DNA of 63,213 nucleotides, filler included, from Choristocarpus tenellus KU-1152 (lineage: Eukaryota; Protista; Phaeophyceae): assembly GCA_964200185.2 (NCBI GenBank). It is 14 parts of 14 records of this genome, joined end to end, with 100 filler letters (N's around TTAATTAATTAA, not from the genome) between each part and the next. Parts side by side here need not be neighbours in the genome. Positions count along the whole stretch, not along the records: positions 36,165 to 46,773 come from CAXNAD020002836.1; positions 46,874 to 50,267 come from CAXNAD020020326.1; positions 50,368 to 55,829 come from CAXNAD020010714.1; 11 more parts are not named here. One strand, 5' to 3'. Positions 37,202 through 51,072 of this stretch are shown here, piece after piece. The notes under the pieces are model-generated. The model saw only the letters and a list, made by a program, of their open reading frames with translations. It searched no databases and was not told where the DNA came from. Every line of letters begins with the position of its first letter. Positions within the stretch are counted from its first letter, which is position 1. A program made the translations under genes and the position numbers.

Positions 37202-40200
37202 GCGAGGTTGACGAAGAGGCTACAACCAACAATTCAAAAAGGAGGGTCTTTGCTGAAGTTAGGTAGATCAAGGCCTACAGATATCCTCGAAGTTAACTGG
37301 TGTGTTTGTAGTGTGTGGTGTGTGTGATCTAGTGGTTGGTGAGGCAGATTTGTATTTTGACCTACGTTTTCGTTTTTGTTGTGGATAGAGCAGACGATTT
37401 TGCCCGTGGCCCCACGCCACGGTTCCTGGTTTTAAAACTGGCGAGCCGACACAATGGACTCGGTGGGGCAGGGTCGGGGGTCGGGGGGGGAGGGACGCTA
37501 GGTTCATCAATGGGCATGGCAGCAGAGGCAGGCCAAGTATCAGCTCGTCAAGACAACTTCTACGATCGAATATCTGAACTTTTTAAGAAGTGGGGAGTCC
37601 GCCCCGACCTGGTGCTAAGAGATCGGTATGGAGACAAAAGTAAAGGGGCGCTGAGCTCCTTCTGGCAGGTGGGTGTGAAATGCTTGTGCAAAAACCATGT
37701 GTACTCTATGCATTCTTCTCTCCAGTGTAGCACTGCTGCATGGAAGAGGCAAGAAGCCGGTCCTTAGGACTCCTGGGACTTACGATTAGCAACCTCAAGT
37801 AATTAACCCAAATACGTAATATGTCTTGTTTGGGCAATTCCGGAAATCCATGCAGTCGTCTGGCCCTGGGTTTGTCAGAAGAGAGGAAAAAGAGAGGGGT
37901 CATGCATGATTAGCCTCGAGTTTCGCCCTTTGCACTGTCATCAGTGAAACGTACATTTTATTGCCTACTGACACTTTGTAGACAATGTCTCACGGGGGAT
38001 GAAGAAGCAATTAACATCGTAGAGGACACCGGTTTTTTCTCCACGATGCCAATCCCCTTACACGAAATCACGTCATCTGCAGCAACCAGGCTCACCTGAG
38101 CATGGGTAACTGAACCAATTCATGGACGTATTTTGTAGGCTCTGCTGGATAGTTCCATTGCCTTCCACCTTCTTATCTCACAATACACTCAATCATACTT
38201 GTAACTTGTTTTGGTACTACTGTCGTGGTTTGAGATTACATGATGGATTTGGGTGAGGAGAAGTTGACCTTCAGTGTTAGTTTCAAGGATATTTATTGAT
38301 GTGGTGACGCAGAGGCTCAAGTCACGAAGTGGCAGCTTGTAATTGTGGGCAAACCTTTGCGAGGAGTTCACCCAAAATTTGAATGAAGAAACTATTTGTT
38401 AGTTCAACCACAACAATAGTTTTTCTATGTTGAGGGTGATGCCTATGCATATGAAGACGACTTTGTGATTGTTTGCCCCCATTCCCTCTTCCTGGCACAC
38501 ACCTGTGATCACTGAATGTTTTTCATGGCCCACCACACAATGTCCTCTCACCCCTTTACCGTACCTATTTGTGCCAAGAGCAGGACTATAAAAGAATCCG
38601 TGTGGATTGGAGGGCACTGTCGGGTTTGCGGCATAATCATTTTGTGCTGACCCTGAAGCACTACATGCACATTGATGGGCCCAGTCGGGACACACCCGAG
38701 AATAGGATAAAGTGAGGGCATTGACCTGCCCAGTACCTGTCATTTGTCAGATTATTTTTTTATTTTTCATGTTCATGGATTAAACACAATGGGTGTCTTT
38801 ATGTATTGGATGAGAGAGTACGTGCATGCTCAGGGAAGGTTTTTCTCTTCCTTTCATGATACTGCAAGATTCGGTTAGGACAACTTGTCCATGTAGATAC
38901 TTGATTGGTTCAGTCCTTCCTTAGACCTCTTCCTTCTCCATTCCATGGTACAAGCAAATCCCAGCCCCCAAAAGATAAGTCCCCCAAAAGATAAGTCGAT
39001 GTTCAGGGGATGGTTGTAGTAGAAAGAAGACCTATCAACATGAGGGGTAATTATTTTGAGCGGATATATTGTAAATTCTCTTTTTCATGTCCGTTTGAAG
39101 TTTTGTGTCCAGATTCTTGGGCTTATTTTATTTTTTAAAAGATACAGCTGAATTAACTGCAGACTGCTCATTTCCCTATGCATGTTTTGTGCCCTCACCT
39201 CCCTCTCTTGGTCTGCCTGACCCTCCCCCATTTTTTTGTCCAGGTACATCCTAAAGGACCGTGTCAGGGATGATACTCACATGGGAATTGTTGACAGTGG
39301 CTCGCAGACGAACACTCGAAGAAAGCCAAAAGTGATACCATCATCGGCAGTGGCATTACCAGACCAAGGTTCTGTGGTGAGGGCCTGGAATTGACAACTC
39401 TTGTTGGTGGCTGTTATGAGAGTGATAGGTGTTTGGGGGCAAACACTGAGCAGCAGGGATGATAATCCTGTGATTAAAAAAAAGTTATTGAGTATTTGGA
39501 ACACAGCACACATTAGGCTGGTGTTATTTTGAGTATTTGTGCTTGCTTGGTGTTGGAGAGGGTATGACTTCTCTATATTTTTTTTGATACGTTTATGGGC
39601 AGTGTTTGAGGCAGGATTTGTGTTGTGTGTGGGCCCTGCATTAATCTGGAAAGATCCAATATCTTTCCATTGAAGCATCGGTAGTGGCTGAAGGGGGATG
39701 GTGTTTTGATATTTGTTGCCAACATTAGAAGTAACTTGATATGTACCTTTTTAACACTTTCTGAGGTGATAATACTGTGCTGCACATGGAACTGTAACCC
39801 TGTCTTGAAGGCTGTTCATGGCCCTATGAAAATTTCCTAATGTAATGCAGATTCTGTGATGTGATGGTAGCATCCAGTCTCAGTTGAAGGTGTATGGATG
39901 TTGAATAGGTTATGATATGTGCGTATGGCATTGGGAGGGAGGTAGTTTATGTGTATGACACCCCCATGAATGCTCCATTCCATAGTTGAATTGCATTGAT
40001 GCCGAGCCATATCTTCTCCACATGACAGTATTATATATTTGAGGAAACCACATATTTGCGCTTGCCTGAAGGCTATGAGGAGAATATATGATAAGAAATA
40101 TGATAAAAAGATTGTTCATGACCAGAAATTTTATGCCACTCTTTCTTTGAGATGCTGCCATCTTGTGCCGCAATGACATGGGTAACTATGTCACTATTTA

Positions 40201-43200
40201 ACTATTTAACTATTTGTCTATTACGTTGGCGCTGTTCACACGCATGGTACCAAATCAAAGCAGCTACGTTGACCTTTTGTCCTGAAATATTATAAGTATC
40301 TAAAGTGATAATAGTGTATTAGAATGCCATTTCTCTTGGGACTTTTGATGGGTTGCATTAATTTTTCCAGGGGCTGTGATTTTTAGGCTTCTCAAATTTT
40401 TTTTCTAAACCATGTGTGTCTATCTGGATTTTGAAACTGATACTGAGGAGTATGCACCATCTCTATCCCTAATCCAAGTAGTACAAATCGACCTGACTGT
40501 ATCACTATGTCAACTACTCTGAATCCCCAAGGAAGGAAACAACTAATGGCATCCATTTTTACACCCTCTTGCATCCTACTACTATATACCCTTCAACATA
40601 AAAGACTGCCCTAAGCAACGACTCGGGGTCCATGTTTAGCAACTTCACCAATGCTGCAGAGGTAAGCAGGGGGTTGGGGGTGGGGGGGCTGGATAGGTTT
40701 GCCCTACCAAGTGCTGGAGTGGACCCCTACAAACCTTCTTTTTCAGGGGTTGGGGACTTGAGGTGAGCACATTATATTTTATTATAGCTATTTTTTGTAG
40801 ACAGTGATATCAACCACTGCCTGTAACATGTGTGTGTGTGTGTGTGTGTGTGTCAAGGCTCAGTGAAAAATGGAAGTGGTGGGAAAGGCTGGGGCAGGTA
40901 CAACCTGCAATTTTATATTTTTATTGATTGCCTTGCGCCATCTGATAGTTGTCATGGAGTCTTTACAAATAGCCAACGATGGGGGGATGAATTGAGTGTG
41001 CATAGTGTACGCTCTGTTCCTCATGCTGATGATGCACATGCCACTATTTGTATGTTTAATATGTTACTATGTTATCTTGAGAGGAAGGGTTTGCCTCTTG
41101 CCTTGCTGGTCAATCTGTGTGCCAATTATGTAGATGAGGCAGGTTGCTTCTGCAAATACTGTTAGGAACATGTGTAGAGGCTCATGAGATACTGAATACA
41201 CTATTGGCATCAATGTGCAGTATTCAATATCCAGTATGATGTACATGTGATACTACTCTAGGTTCTCCAGAGTAAATAGCCAACCTTTTGTAAGGTACTC
41301 TTGAGGTTTCAATTAGCTTCTAAGACCTTTCCCCTGTCTTTTGTACAACAACCATGTGATGTGATGATTAGTTTTTGTCAATTCTTTGATGTACAATAGA
41401 TGTGAGGTTCTAAATATATCCCAGTTACTACTGTATTGGACAATTCATATACATATATTGTGATTTGAATTTTTTTCAACTGTACCATGGGTATTTTTTA
41501 TTATACTCTTGGTATGTTCGATGCATGATTCATTGTTTTCCAAATTGTGAGTGGGATATACCTCAGAGCACCTGGGAATTACAATGGGAAAAAAGGAACT
41601 TGTTAGACCATGTGGACATCCTCAATGAGAGGATTACCAATCCGGTATTAAAACTTGATAATAACAAAAGTGGACATTTTGGTACCAGAAGTGTCCTGAG
41701 TTCTCCTGAGCTGATGTGTTATTCACCCAAGGTGATGCCATATTCGTTGGAATTGACGTGACGCTTACAACGACATTCTCATGAATGTGTGTAGGGTGAA
41801 ACGTCATATTTCTATAGCAAGAAAAACAGAATGTTGAAGGTAGTTAGAATTTGTGTTTGGGATTGGACCATTTGACCACAGAAGTCACCCCATAATCTCT
41901 ATAGAGTATAACAATTTGTGCCTAACGGCCTTGCTCAGAGAGCTACAGAGCGAATCAGAGTGACTTGATCCGAATCAGAGCTCAGAATTTTGGTGCAAAC
42001 TGATTTTGACCAGATAAGAGGTGACTGAGGGTTGACTCCTTGTATCAGAATAGTATTTCAAATTTAGTTTCCTCTCATGTCTGTCTCAGTTAGACCTTTT
42101 CAACGGTGGTACCTCTTTGATTGGTATGTATACTACTGTAATGATCTCATGGACTTATTGTGCATCAGTTGTGGAGGTGTACTATTAACTAGGGTGCTTT
42201 GTTGTAAAAGGCGTGTATGAACCATGTACTAACTACACTTGGAACTCTGTGCAGTGGAAACTTTCAATACTGTAGAGTCTGAGGTTGGGTCTTCTAAATT
42301 TTATTGGGTTATTTGTGGAGTTGTGGAGTTTGGAGCAATGGATAGAGACCCTTGCAACCACAAGTAGTCTTTTTGTATCTTAAGAAAAAACAAGAGAGGT
42401 ACTGAATAAACACCCAAAGTACTAGTACTAGAGGAGGATTGTGTATGCAAGGTATGTTGTGTTGTGATGTGTCTGGGCTCATCATTGAACATCATAGAGG
42501 GAAAAGCAATAATGATTTTTTGGTACTGTGTAGCACATTTTACATGCATGTATTCCATAGCATGACTGGAATGTTTGCCTTCTCTTGTGTATTTGGATTG
42601 ATGCCAAAGTAAGTTGATGCTGTAGTAGGCGTTTAGATGGGTCTGACCAATGAAAGACCACTGTTCTTTTTTCATTTCTTTTCGTTCTTGGATTTTACCT
42701 TCCAATTTCTCAAGATGCATGATCCACAACTCTACAGGCAAAGTACGCATTTTTTCAAGACCTGGGCTAAATCCCAATTGTGGTGGGCATGTAATATACA
42801 ACGAGAAGCCTATCACCCCTCCCTCTCCCCACCTCTTCTAAATAATCATATTGCCCTTATTTATTAATGGTTTGTTTGATTGTGGTCTTGGTGTCGCTGA
42901 CTGTGGCTACCCCTCTTGTGGTGGTGATTTATCTCTCTTTCTGTGCTCGTCATGCAACCTTTCACAATGTCAATGATCTTCCTGGTCGAGAAGTTCAAAT
43001 ACTGGATGCAGTGGGGTGATGATGGGGGGGGAAGGATCAACCGACAGCATCAAACTTGAGGAGTTGAGAAGGAGGCAAGGAGGTGGAAGCGGCTTTGCTG
43101 ATGAGAATGAGGATCGGATACGCAAGCGCCGTAGGGAACAAACGAATAGGTGGGTACATGTGTACACCTGATGGTGCTCTGTCAACATTAGTAGCTCACT

Positions 43201-46200
43201 CTGTTACATTACACTAGACTGATACTACCTAGGCTTATCATGGTACTTCATATGGTGAAGGGAATTTTTAAAGATTATTTATGCTAGGGATACGGTACAG
43301 TAATGATAGCATTACGGAACAGTAACAGTAGTAATTTCTGAAAAATCTACTGTATGGTATAGGACAGTACGGTAATTCCTCAGTCTTCCATGATATTTTG
43401 ATATTTGGATGGGACGGTATGGTCTGGTATGCTACACTATGCTACACTATGCTACGGTATGGTATGGTATGGTATGGTATGGTATGGTATGGTATGGTAT
43501 GGGATGGTATGGTATGCTACGCTATACTATGGTATGCTGTGCTATGCTATGCTATGCTACGCTATGGTGTGGTAGGCTACGTTATGCTACGCTATGGGAT
43601 GGTATGGTATGGTATGCTACGCTATACTATGGTATGGTGTGGTGTGCTATGCTATGCTACGGTATGGTGTGGTATGCTATGCTATGGTATGCTATACTAT
43701 GCTACGCTATGCTACGCTATGGTATGCTACGCTACGCTATGGTATGGTATGGTATGGTATGGTACGGGCGTTCCACAGGTTTTGTAATTAATACAATATG
43801 GTATGTATGTCACGGTTTTCTGTGACATACATATCAAGCCTTTGAATTTTGTGCTTGATCCCGCCTCAGTCACCGCTCCCAACCTTGTTCTTGTTCTAGT
43901 GTTAGGGTTTTTTTGGTATAGGGGCAGATATGATAGTACAGGTAGGTGTACCATTTGTAGTGCTTGCCATATGAAGTTTGCACAGTCAAAGTCATATTTC
44001 CATGAAAAGAGGTCTGTCTTTGATTGGGTTAACAAAATATGAAACTCATAAAGGGAATAATCTCCTTCACCAATGGTTTATGAGAATGTGAGGCAAGGTA
44101 TTACACTTCAGCTAAAGCAAAGGGATTAGGAAAATTGCATATTGGAGGAAAAGACTATGGAATGTAAGATTGGTTTGTTCGTCAGAGTGAAGGTGGTTCT
44201 AATAAAATTTTGTAAGGCTATCTAGAATGTTTGGAGGGTTAGGGTTAGGGTTAGGTGTAGTTTTGATCCGCATGGCAAAAGAAATAAAACAAATCATTGA
44301 ACTACACAGTACAAAAATGTATCCAAATGTGCAATAGCAGATATGGACGGTATGGTACTGCAGGGATCACATTGGTATATTTGGATGGTAATCATGCAGT
44401 ACTTGTGTCATTTCCATGATATAGTATGGTGTTGATTATTGTTGTCAAAATCATAAGGTAATTTGCAATTATTGTTGTGAAAATTGTGTGGTAAATTGCA
44501 GTTATTGTTGTGAAAATTGTATGGTAAACTGCAATTATTTTTGTCAAAATCATGAAGGAAATTTGCAATTATTCTTGTCAAAAATCACACAGTAAATTGT
44601 AGTCCTGAAAAAAAGTGAAAATACTGTAGTCATTGCTGTGGCAATATTGCTAAGGTGACTGGCCTTGTATATTGCCACTGGACTGGGAATGTTCTTGCAG
44701 CCAAACATAGTTTATTGGATACAAGTTGGTAGTTGAAAAATTATGTTTTTTATTAGTATCGTGTATGTTACATTTCCCTTGGAGGGATTACATCAAGGGT
44801 TATGGCTGGGATGAGGGTAGGTGGTTATTGTTGTCTTTAATATTTCTTCATTTTGTATGTGTTGTTGGTCCATGTTGATACTATTGTCAAAAAGTGGATC
44901 TTTTTGAGTAGCGATAGTTGTTGGTGGGCAAGTATGTGCTGTGTGTATCTGTGTCTCCTGCCAAGACATTTTCCTTGCTTTGACTTCTTGATTGTGTAAG
45001 AGTAGAAGAGTGAACTACTCTTCATATGAGATGAACACTCTATGTTTGAGGTAAATGAGACTTTGTGCTTGTTAAGAAGTGTCTGAACGTGGAGTGGAAT
45101 ATGTCTCCTTCTATCTTTTTGGAATTTTTCTCCTGTCTACGTTCTTGTGTTTGTGCTCTTTAGTGCTGTGTAATCTACTGTTTTAGACTTGACTGTACAG
45201 CTAAAGTTGTGTGTGCTGCTGATTGGTCATGTAAACAATGCATTGTACTACTACTGCTAGTACTACTACTACTAGTACTACTACTGCTAGTACTCATAGT
45301 AGTAATAATGAAAATAGAAATACTGATAGTGTAGATGATGCTACTAATACAGATCAACCTGTTTGAGAGTTGTAACTGCCATCACATCAAGGCAAATAAA
45401 CACAGCAACAATTCAGCGTGCATATGCATGAGTGGTGAAGACAGCCAATCCGTGGAAACATCCAATAGAATGTGTAGAAAGTTCCACTACCGGGCTACCC
45501 AGCAGAGGACAGCAATTGTTTTGGGAGAACAATAGACTCGTGCGTGTAGAGAGGACACACAAGACAAAATTTTGAGCTCTTGAAAAAATTGAAGGCTTGT
45601 GAGGTTTGAAAAGCTGTCCACTTTGTACTAATATGATATTTTTTATTTAAATAACTGAAGTACGTATTTTAAACGCTAGGGTTAGGGTTAGTCTTACAAT
45701 AATAATTTTGGTAGACGATTGTACGATATTATTGTGGTATTCACTGTTTTTTAAAAATGTATTCCTGTGATAAGAGTTGCTAGCCTATGCTCATAGCATT
45801 CACCCTTTCGGGTATAGGGATCCAGGTAATTTTGATATTGCATTTGTTTTTAAATTTTTAACATAGCTTCTTGAGTTTGAATGGTTTTGTCTGTACCTCA
45901 CAGGCTGTTATTGCCACCCTCTCCTTAATGGTGTTGTAATCTCTGTTGCCCCCCCCTTTCCAACTACCACAATTTCAACGTTGATGTTTATACTGGTGCT
46001 GGTTGATCTATATTTGATGTAATAGTGTAGAATTGTTTGTGGTTGATGTTTTTCCTGATGATCAATAACCCCATCAAAAGTCTTCTTGCCAAGACTCTTT
46101 TCACGACTTGATACGGATATTTGTAGATTGTTGATTAAAGAGGGAGAAAACCCCCCTAGAACAACTTCATGTTTCTGTTGAATTGGCTGGAAATGTCCTC

Positions 46201-46669
46201 TCAAACTATGTATTATCAGCAATAGTAGGTATTAATAGTTCATTTACTCACTTAACAGTGATGCAATTGTGCCCCTTGGGTCCTTTGTGCCAGACTCTTT
46301 GTAGGAACAAGAGTTACTCAGGTGGCAACTACTTTATTTTTATTTTCACACATCTACTATTGTTTGTTTTTTTGTTTGTTTTTCTGTATGCGGTGGTATA
46401 GGTGTTCAAGCCACGCCTCCTATTCTTCTTCATCCACCCAAGTTGCTTCTCAAGCCAGTCTGGGAGTGGAATCCGGATCAAGTATGTCGACAACCACGAC
46501 GACCCCTGCAAAGGGAGGCAAGAAGACTAATTCACCTAACCACTGGTGGGAGATGAAGAAGACTGCTGACGGATTGTTCCTGTGTCCCACTGCTAATTGC
46601 CATGAGTGGACCAGTGACAATGGGATTGAGCACAGGATTATGGAGATTGAGTTCCAGCACGGCTGCGAG
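37202..46669 (+). CDS. Internal exons of an uncharacterised multi-exon protein
   Basis: Candidate exons: 37202-37262, 37389-37664/37668, 39244-39376, 40605-40661, ~42991-43149 and 46402-46669 (…GLFLCPTANCHEWTSDNGIEHRIMEIEFQHGCE). Most junction phases agree; two need a non-canonical site or a missing exon. Confidence 0.55.
43405..43765. repeat. Compound pentanucleotide microsatellite (TATGG/TATGC/TACGC/TATAC/TGTGG)
   Basis: About 360 bp with a strict 5-nt period and mixed unit variants. Confidence 0.95.
44435..44600. repeat. 33-bp minisatellite, ~5 copies
   Basis: Unit ~AATTATTGTTGTSAAAATYRTRTGGTAAATTGC. Confidence 0.85.
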
Positions 46670-46691
46670 GTTTGAATATGTCTGACATGCC

Positions 46692-46739
<48 letters not shown>

Positions 46740-46873
46740 CCCTTTCCCCCCCCCCCCCCCTCTTCCCTCCTCTNNNNNNNNNNNNNNNNNNNNNNNNNNN
46801 NNNNNNNNNNNNNNNNNTTAATTAATTAANNNNNNNNNNNNNNNNNNNNNNNNNNNNNNNNNNNNNNNNNNNN

Positions 46874-47116
46874 ATTGGATTTTATCCCCCAAATGGACGC
46901 GGCTCTACCCTCTAAGATACTTTGGCTCATTTCCTACTCCGAATTGTTTCAGAGTAGGTAAAATGAATACATTTTGGAGTAGGTATCATGTATATGTCCG
47001 GAACGAGGATACTGACACTTCCTAACGAACACAATAGCCAAAATTACATCAAAATCGTAACATTGGATTTTGGCCCCCAAGTGGACGCAGCTTTACCCTC
47101 TAAGATTATTTGACTC
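46874..47116 (+). mobile_element. Two nested or tandem MITE family B right ends
   Basis: One TIR ends at 46928 and is followed directly by internal family B sequence (ATTTCCTACTCC...) ending in a second TIR at 47116. Confidence 0.8.
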
Positions 47117-47608
47117 CACTTGAAAAACAAAGAACAAATGCGACTCACCTGAAGTCTTCATCTCTTTAACCTAGTGGTAGACATGAAACTTTGTTTTTAA
47201 TGGGGTTTAGTCATTTCATGATGATTAATAAATCCATTTAATGAAAAAGTGACATGACGTAGTAAATAGCAACCTCTAGCACACAGGTGCTAATGTGCCC
47301 GGTGAACGGTCTTTGCCCCACCGCATGTGTCCACATGTGTAAATGAGGAGAGTTGAGAGATTAATTTATTGTGTTATTCATTTATCTAAATGCCGCCAAC
47401 ATATGATGTATAGTCTGCATGCTAGGATTGATAAACCTGGTATACAGAGCTGGTCGTGAACAGGTTAACTGACATATGTTACCAGTTGGCTAATCTCTTC
47501 ACAAAACGATAGACTATGACCCATCTATGACAAAATGGCATACAAACGATTTGTCTAAACTAGATGGACAACCTATGAAAAGGATTATGATATGTGGGTA
47601 ACACGTGA

Positions 47609-47785
47609 GGCCCAAAGCATCTGGGGAGGGGGGGGTTCTACACCAGGATGTCCATTTTGGCCATAACTGGGAAAAGTGTACTTGCATTATCCATCAGACA
47701 TATGCAACCAAATCATCCAAAAATCGTGACATTGAAAAATTGGTTCCAATTGGACAGCCGCCACCCCTCCCAGATACTTTGAGCC
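47609..47785 (+). mobile_element. MITE family A
   Basis: GGCCCAAAGCATCT...AGATACTTTGAGCC. Confidence 0.88.
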
Positions 47786-48067
47786 TACTTTGAGCCAGAT
47801 CTGAGCCAAGACAAACGAGTAAAAAACAAACAAAAATAAACAAAAAATGGCAAGGATCTGTACCGCATGTATATACGATAACCTCCTCACTGAAACGATA
47901 GGATATACTATTATGGCAATGCATGATATACAGACTATGTAAAGGGATATGGTAACAGTAAATATGAATTCTCAAGTTAACAGCACTGTGTGGGATGATA
48001 ATATTACTAGTTATCCAACCCATTTTCTGCACGAGAGGCTGTAAATCGTTTTACAGCATTGTAGGAT

Positions 48068-48238
48068 GAGTCAAAGTATCTTAGAGGATAGAGCTGTGTC
48101 CGTTTGGGGGCCAAAATCCAATGTTACAATTTTGATAATATTTTGGCTATTGTGTTAGTCAGGAAGTGTCAATATCCCTGTTCCGGACACACCTTTTCAT
48201 AGCGTACACACTTTCCCTTTTCCAAAACATTTCGGAGT
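48068..48238 (-). mobile_element. MITE family B, truncated
   Basis: GAGTCAAAGTATCTTAGAGG..., homologous to 9418-9600. Confidence 0.82.
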
Positions 48239-48457
48239 CTCTTTCTTTGGAACAGGGCTGAGCACAACAAAATGAGTGAGGTGATCAATGGCAGACAACA
48301 CATACGAGCATATCACACTATTTGCTGCTGGGGAACGTGTTTTGTACTCTACCAAATCAATAGTAACATGTTGGAATGGCCTGTCAACGGACATATGGCC
48401 ACTGGGAAGCGTATCTTTGTTATGAGCAGTCTTACGCGTTTGACATGCCCGACAATC

Positions 48458-48635
48458 GGCTCAAAGTATCTGAGGGGGGGAATGCCACACCAGGGTGTCC
48501 ATTTGGACCCTGACCAGGAGAAAGTGAACTTACATTATTCATTTGACGCATGCAACCAAATCACCCAAATATTGCGACATGGAAAAATGGGCACCCAGAT
48601 GGACAGACGCCACCCACCCCCACATACTTTGAGCC
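48458..48635 (+). mobile_element. MITE family A, 3-bp TSD ATC
   Basis: ATC|GGCTCAAAGTATCT...ACATACTTTGAGCC|ATC. Excision restores the integrase R-D-C-R-A-C. Confidence 0.9.
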
Positions 48636-48998
48636 ATCACGGCATCATGTATGTAGAACACCGATATTGAATGCTAGCAACCAATACAAGTCTCTAACCA
48701 TATTGAATGTTGGTTTGAAACCTAAGTGACCTCCAGACAATGCATGGTCATGGCAACTGTGGAGTAGAAGACGGACTAACGAGCGAGGAACGACCTACTG
48801 GTCTCTAAACGTGCTCCTCTTACGAAGATGGGCTGGTAAGTATGAACAATACAGTAAGCCGTTGTCGATTCCTTATCAGGTGGTGGGGCGACATTGGAGT
48901 ACTGCAAATGCTTGAAATATCGTTCGAACTCGGATTTGTGTTCCTTGCGCAATTGCTCAGGGTCCATTGTAGCAAACACAGCAGTGGAACTAGTAAAT

Positions 48999-49175
48999 AG
49001 CTCAAAGTATCTGGGGGTGGCGGCTGTCCATTCGGGGTCCATGTTTCCATGTCGCGATTTTTGGGTGATTTAGTTGCATGCGTCGGATGGATAATGTAAA
49101 TTCATTTCTCCTGGTCAGGCCCCGAATGAACACCCTGGTGTAGACCCTCCCCCCTCCCCCCAGATACTTTGAGCC
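48999..49175 (-). mobile_element. MITE family A, 3-bp TSD AAT
   Basis: AAT|AGCTCAAAGTATCT...AGATACTTTGAGCC|AAT. Confidence 0.9.
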
Positions 49176-50108
49176 AATAGTTCACGATTGCTTTAGATGG
49201 GCGTTTCTCTTGCCTATTAAGGATTGCACTGAAGGCCTCCATGACACTACTATCAAGCAGTACTTTGTCGGGAACAAGTTGGGGAATCGCTCCACTTCTG
49301 TCTGGAGATAATTGGTTCTCTTGTTGGGGTGGGAAGAGTCCAAACAAGGAAACAGAGTGGGAGGAGGTGACTGCATTAACAAAACCTTTCTGGATATCTT
49401 TTCCCGGCGTTCACGAGGTTATTGGAACATGGTTGTGAGGGGATGACTGCAATCTGGTTGAATCACTCGATAAACGCCATTCGTTTGTACCAGCCAATGC
49501 CTGAAAATAGGATGTTTCAGTAGTTCCTTGAAGATTTTCGCCGGAAATTTGCAACAAGCATCAATCGTTTCAGGGGATGCTTGGCCGTACTGACAAGAGT
49601 GCAGAGTGATCGCAACATGCCATTCAGAGAATAAAAGCGGCAAATCTCGATCTCCAGAGCCCATAATTGCTGGACCAGTTGGGGTCTCCAAGGTGGAATA
49701 TCTGAAATGACTCCCTTCTGACGTTGGTCGTGGGTGCGAGACATTGCTGCTCTGTCCGACAGGTCTTATGTGATCGACATATTTTCCCAAGGGCTGAAGC
49801 TTCAAGAGATCCTGAAGCCATCCAGGTGGCATCGCATTCGTTCTCGTGCACTTGTGAACGTGGTACACGATGAGTGCGGGAATAGCATCATCGAACTGTG
49901 CCTGCAAAGCGACCACCTCATTAACAGTTGAACGTGGGGAAGAATTGGGACAGTCTCGAAAAAGGACATGTCGAGTGTCACAGTCACTCAAGCTGACACG
50001 ATGCTCGAGGGTCAACGGCACAGTTCGTGTATGACCATGACGATTTGTTGGGGAAGATGGGGGGGAACCTCGTCTGCACTTCACTTTTCTTGCGTTGTTA
50101 GACGACAT

Positions 50109-50267
50109 GGATCAAAGTATCTGGGGGGATGGCGGCTGTCCATTTGGGACCAATTTTTCAATTTCACGATTTTTGGATGATTTGGTTGCATACATCGGAT
50201 GGATAATGTAAGTGCACTTTTCCTGGTTATGGCCCAAACGGACACTTTGGTGTAGATCCCCCCCCCC
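50109..50267 (-). mobile_element. MITE family A, nearly complete, cut by the gap
   Basis: GGATCAAAGTATCT..., reverse homologue of 47609-47785. Confidence 0.87.
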
Positions 50268-51006
50268 NNNNNNNNNNNNNNNNNNNNNNNNNNNNNNNNN
50301 NNNNNNNNNNNTTAATTAATTAANNNNNNNNNNNNNNNNNNNNNNNNNNNNNNNNNNNNNNNNNNNNGGGGGATGGGGCGTGAGGGTTCAAAAGAGGGGT
50401 CTGGTAGATGGACCACATTAGGGCAGGGTGACTGCAGTTCAGTGGAAAAACCGAACCGGAGGAACTCACACATTGAGGTTTCAGAGTGTCAAATAGGGTT
50501 TCAGTGTATAGTAGGCGGTAGATTATGGCTAAGAAAAACACCACCGGTACTGTTGATGGTATATAAATGGTATACGTGGGATCACCTGGACCATTTGGGG
50601 TAAACGCGCAGCATCATACCACTCTGCCCATTGCCAGTTTCAGACACAAAAACCAAACTTTCGTAGTAAACAGTACAAACAGCCAGCATGTGACAGTACT
50701 TCCACTCAAACACACTCCTGAGGTCTTCAACAAAGTCCTACACCACCTTGCACTCGGGTCTTCAACAAAAACAGCCTGTTAAAATCGCCGCTCTGATTCA
50801 AAAATCGAAGCATATATATATATAATATTCCGATCAGTCCAGAAATTTCCCGTTTACCACTAACTTGAACATCAGCACTCATCAAAATCGGTGTGATAAT
50901 ATACATCTAATCCCCAAGGAGTACAATCAATTCCACATGCACCAACATCAAGAGTTATCTCTCAATCATGTACCAATGAACAAACCAAAAAAACTATCAA
51001 AAACTG

Positions 51007-51072
<66 letters not shown>

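Larger units (their letters stand above)
48240..50100 (-). pseudogene. Ty3/gypsy pol remnant (probable RNase H, integrase zinc finger and start of core), interrupted by MITEs
   Basis: GGHLGFKPTFNMVRDLYW...RD[MITE]CRACQTRK...DRPFQHVTIDLVEY...YVLSAIDHLTHFVVL, which is the HHCC motif plus the first catalytic D. The upstream SDCDTRHVLF...LQAQFD is weakly RNase H-like. Confidence 0.75.

Noticed and set aside
43398-43825. YGMVW-repeat ORFs
   Set aside because: These are translations of a pentanucleotide microsatellite that is open in several frames.
46691-46773. Long poly-C/G tracts at contig ends as G-quadruplex elements
   Set aside because: Homopolymer lengths at contig ends are unreliable and mark where the assembly broke.
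49419-50108. 229-aa ORF as a novel gene or extra pol domain
   Set aside because: Its ATG abuts a MITE terminus, it lies within a decayed gypsy pol, and no additional domain motif was recognisable.
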